Shown here: in pieces, positions 58,121-64,000 of the stretch
Position numbering within the stretch: the first letter of the stretch is position 1
How the letters are laid out: every line of letters begins with the position of its first letter
Origin: an uncultured Gemmatimonadales bacterium
GTDB lineage: Bacteria; Gemmatimonadota; Gemmatimonadetes; Longimicrobiales; Longimicrobiaceae
Reading direction: 5' to 3'
Length of the DNA stretch: 64,000 nt
NCBI GenBank assembly: GCA_963716255.1
Contig: OY970303.1
Coordinates: 4,736,001 to 4,800,000, forward strand
The notes under the pieces: generated by a model
What the model was told of the DNA's origin: nothing
Databases searched by the model: none
Seen by the model: the letters and a program-made list of their open reading frames with translations, nothing else
Made by a program: the position numbers and the translations under genes

Positions 58121-59728
58121 CGTACTCCTGTGCAGTCCTGAGACTTAAAACTGCACCCGTTACCCTTGCGGCGTCCTATTGGTCCACCTGGGAACCGCTC
58201 TAACCGAGGCTGAGCGCGTCCGAATCCTCCCGCTCATTCGCCAGGGAAAGACGCCGACGCGTGCGCTCTAGCGTGCGCACATTCTCCTGCGAGCCGCTAA
58301 AAAAATCGCGTGCTGTGCTCTACTTGGCCTTTCCCCCGCCGAGGTGCGAAGGATCGCGCAGAAGTTCGAGTTGCACTACACGCCCAATCACGGCAACTGA
58401 TTGAACATATACGAGATTGAATGGTCCGTGCTCGCCCAGCAGTGCCTGGGCGAACGCCTGCCCGACCGCCTCCAAGTCAAGACGGTTGTGGATAGGGGTT
58501 GAGGGGCAGCGCAACCAAGCACATGCCACGGAATCTGGCGCTTCACCACCGAGACTGTCCGCTCACGCTTGGCTCGGCTCTACCCTCTGGTGCCGGCATG
58601 ATCCCTGTAGCCTTCTACTGGTTCGTTGATCGACGACAAGGAGCCGGAGGTGCCAAAGCACGTTGCGGATGAAAATGAGGTGAAAGGGCTGGTGCGAGAC
58701 GAAAGCGGAAACGCCTCGGGTATGTGCTAATTCACCGTCCGCTGGATGAGATGACACCCCAGAAGCATTTCGCTTGAGCCGCCTTCCGCTCGGCTCCATT
58801 TCGGGCGATCGTCTCAAGGCTCTCTATAAGTCGCTCGCCACACATTCGCAACCATACACCTTTTGGCCCGAACCAGGAGGACAGCACGCGGGCTAACCTG
58901 AAGCTAGGGCAAGAAACATTCCACCACCGACTGCGGCATATGCTGGGGTTGTCCGGCATTCTGTCTACACTTAGAAGGAGAATTAAGGAGAATACTGTCG
59001 GGTCCGAGCAACACCAGGGGAAAAAGTGTCCCACCCGTATTGGGGTTGCTCCTTATTTGGCCGTTTTTGAGACAGTCTGCTTGTGCTGCTCCCCTCCCGC
59101 ACGTCAACCAAGTGGGCCCCGTCTCGGAACCGCATTCTAATATCTTGGCTTCTTTACTTAGTCCAGCCGGCGAGTTGCGAGACCTCTGAAACAGATATTG
59201 TTGCATCTAGGATAGGGGTAATCATGCGAGTCGGTTCTGCGCGGGCTTCTTCTGGGGAGCAGCATTCCAATCTCTAGGTAGAAGCCCAATGGCAGGCCGG
59301 TTGCGAACGGGTTTTCTCAGACGAGGCAAGTGGCGCCAAAGCCGGTAGGGCGACCAGTTGAGTACGAGGAGGCTTCTTCCGCAGTCAGGAGGTTCTAGCC
59401 TCCTGACGAGTTCTCCAGAGTACTTGGCGCGGTTCCCCACCCGGCTAGTGGTAGCTGCAACGGCGCTACACCGCTAGGCGGTAGCCATCGTGAGCGCAGA
59501 TTCTACGCTCCCGCGATGCAGACTCGCCCACGGGACTTGAGGTTGTCGATGAGTCCGCATTCCAATAAACCCACCCAAGTATCGGCCTCTGGATTCCGTA
59601 CCAGCATCTATCCCCGGCTGGCGACGGCATAGAATCTTGCGTAAACTGATAGTTAGTGTGCGCCCGTTTGGTCACGCGTCCCATTTTCCGCCGCTCCCTG
59701 CCCACCCCGCGCGAGCTCTGCACACCCA

Positions 59729-61564
59729 GTGATGTCGTCCGATTTCGTCAAACCCCGCTGGCTCCGTGACCTACGTCGCTTTCTCCCGCTGAAGAGCCAG
59801 TTCGTCCTTTCCGGTAACGTAAAGGACCTGCAGACGCAGGAAGTCGCCCCCGGGCGGGTGATGACGGCGCCTCTTTTGAGCGTTCTCACGGCGGAACTTC
59901 TCGAAGCGGGATTCGCACGTGTCGTCGTGTACGACCCCATCGGCGGCTTTCGAGTCGAAGCCCCGCCGGGTGGTGATGTCGACGTGGATGCAATTCTGCG
60001 CGGGTACGGCCTGACACCCTCGAACGGGACCGCTCCCGCAGGACTCGACTTGCTCGCCTCGGCATTTTCCCGGATCGTCTCCGGCGACGGGCCGCCCACC
60101 GCACTGGTCGTGGACTTCGCGTCGAGGCTCGTCGCGCGCAGCGACGCGCTGTCCCCCACCGAGCAGCAGTTCTTCACTCGCGCGCTCGTCCTGAGCCAGA
60201 CAGCGCAGGCTCGCCCCGTCGGCGTTGACCGCGCGCCGCTCTACAACACCGTTCTCTGGATGGTGGACAAGGAAGGCGACCTGCCGGACTGGCTGGTGAT
60301 CGACAATCCCCGCCTGCGGCACGTCCCCGTCTCGCGCCCCGACTCGGCCGCACGCCGGGTGGTCGCCCGCTCGCTCCTGCGCATCCTTCCCGGGGGACGC
60401 GAGGCGACTCCGGAGGTACTGAGCGCGGCCGAGGACGACCTGGTGGACGGGACCGAGGGTCTGCTTCTCCTGGACCTGCAGGCTATCGCGGAGCTGGGGC
60501 GCGTGGAGCGCGTGCCAGTGACGGCGATGGCCGACGCCGTCCGGCGCTACAAGGTGGGCGTGACGGACGACCCGTGGCGAAAGCTGGACCGCGCGCGCAT
60601 CGCTGGCGGCTCGGACCTGGTGCGGCAGCGGGTCATCGGCCAGGACCACGCGGTGACGCACCTGCTGGACCTGGTCAAGCGCGCTGCGACGGGGATCAGC
60701 GGCGGCCGGCGCGGGGGGCGCCCACGCGGCGTCGCCTTCCTCGCCGGGCCAACGGGCGTGGGAAAGACGGAGCTGGCCAAGGCCGTCACCCAGATGCTGT
60801 TCGGCGACGAGAGCGCGTACATCCGCTTCGACATGTCGGAGTTCAGCGCAGAGCACGCCGACCAGCGGCTGATCGGCGCCCCGCCGGGATACGTGGGTTA
60901 CGACGTGGGGGGCGAGCTCACCAACGCCATCCGCGAGCGTCCCTTCAGCGTGGTCCTCTTCGACGAGATCGAGAAGGCGCACCCGCGCGTCCTGGACAAG
61001 TTCCTCCAGGTGCTGGACGACGGCGTCCTGACCTCCGGCCGGGGCGACCGGGTCTACTTCTCCGAGGCGCTTATCATCTTCACATCCAACCTGGGCATCT
61101 ACACGGTGGACGCCACTGGCGCGCGCGTCCCCAACGTTGCGCCCGAGGAGCCTTTCGAGGCCGTGCGGATGCGGGTGAGGCAGGAGATCGAGTCCCATTT
61201 CAAGCTGGTGCTGAACCGCCCCGAGATCCTTAACCGCATCGGCGAGAACATCATCGTCTTCGACTTCATCCGCCCGGACGTGGCGGCGCGGATCTTCGAC
61301 CATATGGTCACGTCCACGCTGGCCGGGGTCCGCGAGGCGGGATACGAGGTGGCGCTCACCCCCGAAGTCGGCGCCCGGCTGCAGGCCGTCTGCCTGGCGG
61401 ACCTGTCCAACGGCGGCCGGGGGATCCGCAACCAGCTGGAGGCGCACCTTGTCAATCCGCTTGCCCGCGCCCTCTTCGAGCACCCCGCGGGCGGGTCGCC
61501 GCTGCGCGTGGACGCCATGGAGACGGGCGCCACCACCACCTTCCGCCTGACCGCCGCGCAGTGA
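59729..61564 (+). CDS. ClpA/ClpB-related AAA+ ATPase (intact C-terminal AAA module, degenerate N-terminal module)
   Basis: VIGQDHAV, Walker A GPTGVGKT, RFDMSEF, pore loop LIGAPPGYVGY, Walker B VVLFDEIEKAH, FTSN, RPEILNRI, GGRGIRN. No Walker A is recognisable in the N-terminal half. Confidence 0.92.
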   Translation: MMSSDFVKPRWLRDLRRFLPLKSQFVLSGNVKDLQTQEVAPGRVMTAPLLSVLTAELLEAGFARVVVYDPIGGFRVEAPPGGDVDVDAILRGYGLTPSNGTAPAGLDLLASAFSRIVSGDGPPTALVVDFASRLVARSDALSPTEQQFFTRALVLSQTAQARPVGVDRAPLYNTVLWMVDKEGDLPDWLVIDNPRLRHVPVSRPDSAARRVVARSLLRILPGGREATPEVLSAAEDDLVDGTEGLLLLDLQAIAELGRVERVPVTAMADAVRRYKVGVTDDPWRKLDRARIAGGSDLVRQRVIGQDHAVTHLLDLVKRAATGISGGRRGGRPRGVAFLAGPTGVGKTELAKAVTQMLFGDESAYIRFDMSEFSAEHADQRLIGAPPGYVGYDVGGELTNAIRERPFSVVLFDEIEKAHPRVLDKFLQVLDDGVLTSGRGDRVYFSEALIIFTSNLGIYTVDATGARVPNVAPEEPFEAVRMRVRQEIESHFKLVLNRPEILNRIGENIIVFDFIRPDVAARIFDHMVTSTLAGVREAGYEVALTPEVGARLQAVCLADLSNGGRGIRNQLEAHLVNPLARALFEHPAGGSPLRVDAMETGATTTFRLTAAQ

Positions 61565-62208
61565 CGGCGATCGCTCTCTCGCGAATCCACTTTCCCGTGA
61601 CGACGCTGGGCCCGGGGCGGCGCGTGGGCGTGTGGGTGCAGGGGTGCTCCATCCGCTGCCCCGGCTGTATCTCCGCCGACACCTGGGGACACGGGCGCGG
61701 CATGACCACCGTGGAGGCGGTCGTGCAGGCAGTGGGGCCCTGGCTGGAGGAAGCGGACGGGATCACCATCTCCGGCGGCGAGCCCTTCGACCAGCCCGAG
61801 GCGCTGCTGGCCCTCCTGCGTGCGCTCCGCGCGCGGACCCTCACCGACGTGCTGGTCTACTCCGGCCATCCCGTCGAGGCGATCGCGCCGTGGCTGACGG
61901 TGGCAGACGGGCTGATCGACGCCTTGATCTCCGACCCATACCTGGACGATGCTCCGCAGACCCTGCCGCTCCGCGGGAGCGACAACCAGCGTCTGCACCT
62001 TCTCACCGACCTGGGCCGCCGCCGCTTCACGGCCAGCGAACAGCCCTTCCGTGTCCCGGAGCGGCGGTTCGACGTGATGTTCGACGCGGACGGGCAGGTC
62101 TTTCTCGCGGGGATTCCGCCCCGCGGGGACCTGGCCCGACTCCGCGCGGCGCTCGCCGCCGCGGGGCACGCCGCATGGACCTCCCAGGCGCCCGGAGGGT
62201 CCCCGTGA
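61561..62208 (+). CDS. Radical SAM protein, NrdG/activating-enzyme-like
   Basis: LGPGRR..VWVQGCSIRCPGC (CxxxCxxC), ISGGEPFDQ, YSG, LRGSDNQR; GTGA overlap with the ATPase stop. Confidence 0.9.
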   Translation: MTAIALSRIHFPVTTLGPGRRVGVWVQGCSIRCPGCISADTWGHGRGMTTVEAVVQAVGPWLEEADGITISGGEPFDQPEALLALLRALRARTLTDVLVYSGHPVEAIAPWLTVADGLIDALISDPYLDDAPQTLPLRGSDNQRLHLLTDLGRRRFTASEQPFRVPERRFDVMFDADGQVFLAGIPPRGDLARLRAALAAAGHAAWTSQAPGGSP

Positions 62209-64000
62209 CGCAGGTCCGCCTCTGCCCCCGGTGCGGCACCGAGCGCGAGCTCGACGAGATCTACTGCGACGGGATCATGGATGGAGAGGTGTGCGGATGG
62301 AACCTCACCCCCGTACAGATCCGCCCGCGGGGCACGGGCGCGCCTCCGCTCCCGCCTCCCCCTCCGGGCCTCGCCGATCCGCCGGCGCCCCCCGCGCCCC
62401 CGCAGCAGCCCAGCGGCGCGGCCGCCTGCCCCAACGGACACCCGGTGGGCGCGGGAGACCTTCTCTGCCCCACCTGTGGCGCGTTCGTGGACGAGACACC
62501 GGCCTCGGGCCCGGAGACGCCATCCATCATCTCTGGTTGGGAGCTGGGACGCCGCCTCAACACCGCGAGCCGCGTTCGCGAGCGCTTCGTGGCCGTGCAC
62601 ACGGAGAGCGGGCGGCAGGCCGTCCTCACGCTCTACGCGGAGGGGAGCGAGCCGGACCCGGCCGTCTACGACGTCCTGCGCGCCCTCCCGCGCGACCATG
62701 TCCCCGAGATCCTGGGCACCGGCCGCTGGCACGACCGGGCGTACGAGGTGGCCGAGGAGCTCACCGGCGGCACCCTGGCCGACCTGGGCGCCGCGCTGGA
62801 CGATCCCGCGACCTTGGCCCGCATCGTCTCCGAGGTGGGCCGGGCGCTGCACGCGTTCGCCGAGGTGGGGCTGCGACACCGCGACCTGCGCCCCGGCGCG
62901 CTCCTGGTGCGCGGACGGGACCCCTTGGATCTGGTGGTGACCGGCTTCGGCTCCGCACGCCTCTCCGATTTCGACCTGGACCTGGTCTCGCCCCTTGAAG
63001 TGAGCCGCTACACGGCGCCGGAGGCTGCGCTGGGCGGGGTGGCCGCCGCGTCGGACTGGTGGAGCCTGGGGATGATTCTCCTGGAGCAGGCCACCCGCGG
63101 TGCCTGCTTTGAGGGGGTGAACGAGCAGGCGTTCCTCATCCACGTCCTCACCCACGGCGCACCGATCCCCGACGACCTGGACCCGCGCCTCCGCCTTCTC
63201 CTCTGCGGCCTGCTGGCGCGCGAGCGCCGCGAGCGGTGGGGGTGGGGCGAGGTGGAGCGGTGGCTGGCCGGGGAGACGCTTCCCATTCCCCCGTCCGCAC
63301 TGGGGCAGGGACAAGCGCAGGGGGCCGGCCCGGCCATCACTCTGGGTAGGCGCGCGTACACCTCGTCCGGCGCCTTCACACTGGCCGCAGCGGACGCGAC
63401 GAACTGGGCGGAGGCGCGCGACCTCCTCCTCCGGGGCGCCCTCGCCACCTGGGCGGACGAGGCGGGCGTGGACACGCAGGCCAGGGCCGCCCTGCGACAC
63501 GTGGCTGGGCGCCATGACCTGCCGGAGGACGCGCGGCTCTCGCTCGCGCTGCGGTTCCTCAACCCCGCCATGCCGCTCACCTGGACTGGGGAGATCGTGA
63601 CTCCGGGGTGGCTCCTGGACCACCCTGACTTGGGCTATGCCCTCGTCACCGGCCCCGCACCGGACCTCCTGGACGCCGTAGGCGCGGAGCCCTGGCTGTC
63701 GCGCCTGAAGGCACGCGCCGCCACGGTGCGCGAGCGCGCCCACCACCTGGAGATCGACATGGTGGAGGAGGAGCTACAGGTGCACCTCCTCTCCACGTCT
63801 CGCGCCCGGCTGGGCGCGCTGTGGGAGGAACGCCGCGCCGTCCTGGCCGACACGGACCATCCGGGGATCCTGGCCCTCATGGACCGGCGGCAGCTCTCCG
63901 AAGAGGACCTGATCATCCTCCTGGCTGCCGACCCGGGACAGTTCCGCACGCCGGGGACGATCATCGAGGTGGCCCAGGTGGAGGCCGCCACCCGGGGGCT
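62205..64000 (+). CDS. Large protein with N-terminal zinc ribbons and a Ser/Thr kinase-like (probably pseudokinase) domain; 3'-truncated
   Basis: Absent from the ORF track (no stop in the window). GTG 62205 overlaps the rSAM TGA, with SD GGAGG. Manual translation: CPRC..YCDG..VCG, Pro-rich linker, CPNGH..CPTCG, HRDLRPGALL, VTGFGSARL, RYTAPE, SDWWSLG; open to 64000. Confidence 0.88.
   Translation, partial: MTQVRLCPRCGTERELDEIYCDGIMDGEVCGWNLTPVQIRPRGTGAPPLPPPPPGLADPPAPPAPPQQPSGAAACPNGHPVGAGDLLCPTCGAFVDETPASGPETPSIISGWELGRRLNTASRVRERFVAVHTESGRQAVLTLYAEGSEPDPAVYDVLRALPRDHVPEILGTGRWHDRAYEVAEELTGGTLADLGAALDDPATLARIVSEVGRALHAFAEVGLRHRDLRPGALLVRGRDPLDLVVTGFGSARLSDFDLDLVSPLEVSRYTAPEAALGGVAAASDWWSLGMILLEQATRGACFEGVNEQAFLIHVLTHGAPIPDDLDPRLRLLLCGLLARERRERWGWGEVERWLAGETLPIPPSALGQGQAQGAGPAITLGRRAYTSSGAFTLAAADATNWAEARDLLLRGALATWADEAGVDTQARAALRHVAGRHDLPEDARLSLALRFLNPAMPLTWTGEIVTPGWLLDHPDLGYALVTGPAPDLLDAVGAEPWLSRLKARAATVRERAHHLEIDMVEEELQVHLLSTSRARLGALWEERRAVLADTDHPGILALMDRRQLSEEDLIILLAADPGQFRTPGTIIEVAQVEAATRG

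Larger units (their letters stand above)
57142..58202 (-). mobile_element. IS630-family insertion sequence, apparently intact
   Basis: Terminal inverted repeats TAGAGCCGTTCCC / GGGAACCGCTCTA (12/13 match, including the TA target duplication) enclose the two transposase ORFs. Confidence 0.9.
57044..58620 (+). pseudogene. Decayed, internally deleted IS630-family element interrupted by a younger IS630
   Basis: Rejoining at the duplicated TA reads MCRVELTEAERVRILPLIRQGKTPTRAL*RAHILLRAA, then FELHYTPNHGN*LNIYEIEWSVLAQQCL and WRFTTETVRSRLARLYP, which are IS630 N- and C-terminal motifs with stops. Degenerate ends: ctagtaaaaggc (57043) and gccttctactgg (58610). Confidence 0.75.

Noticed and set aside
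59465..59490. ops-like GGCGGTAG in a small hairpin upstream of the AAA+ operon
   Set aside because: An 8-mer match is expected by chance in GC-rich DNA, the downstream TG is missing, and no RfaH-like gene is seen.
58630..59720. Short ORFs in the lower-GC spacer
   Set aside because: No motifs or consistent coding signal; left unannotated.
59729..62208. Gene symbols clpB and nrdG
   Set aside because: The ATPase lacks the ClpB N-domain, first active NBD and M-domain, and no nrdD is present, so orthology is unsupported.

Overview
GC-rich bacterial window, dominated by two co-oriented minus-strand assembly-line clusters. The NRPS style and intergenic repeats resemble Gemmatimonadota/Longimicrobium, but that is an impression only. 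Cluster A (28776 to beyond the left edge) has a trimodular NRPS (Thr-X-small residue), a PKS-NRPS hybrid (KS-AT-degenerate KR-ACP-C-A-T-E-C-A-T) split by a 1-nt frameshift in a G7 run, and a further NRPS that runs off the window. Cluster B (56934 to 35297) has an NRPS (Gly-X), an Asp/Asn beta-hydroxylase-family dioxygenase, a KS-AT-KR-ACP PKS, an unusual NRPS (C-A-T-Cy-Ox-T plus a terminal acyl-ACP-reductase-like domain), an ATP-grasp ligase and a histidine ammonia-lyase. An LRR-Roc-COR-TIR (Roco) gene follows immediately. Between the clusters are a lower-GC region with six GCGACA-N7/8-TGTCGC palindromes and a perfect 15-bp hairpin, a small hypothetical gene, and an amidase. Right of cluster B, an intact IS630 sits inside an older decayed IS630. 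A translationally coupled plus-strand operon follows: ClpB-like AAA+ ATPase, NrdG-like radical SAM protein, and a zinc-ribbon pseudokinase truncated by the window edge. This operon is a candidate uncharacterised conflict/defence system. All calls come from manual motif reading; no searches were run.
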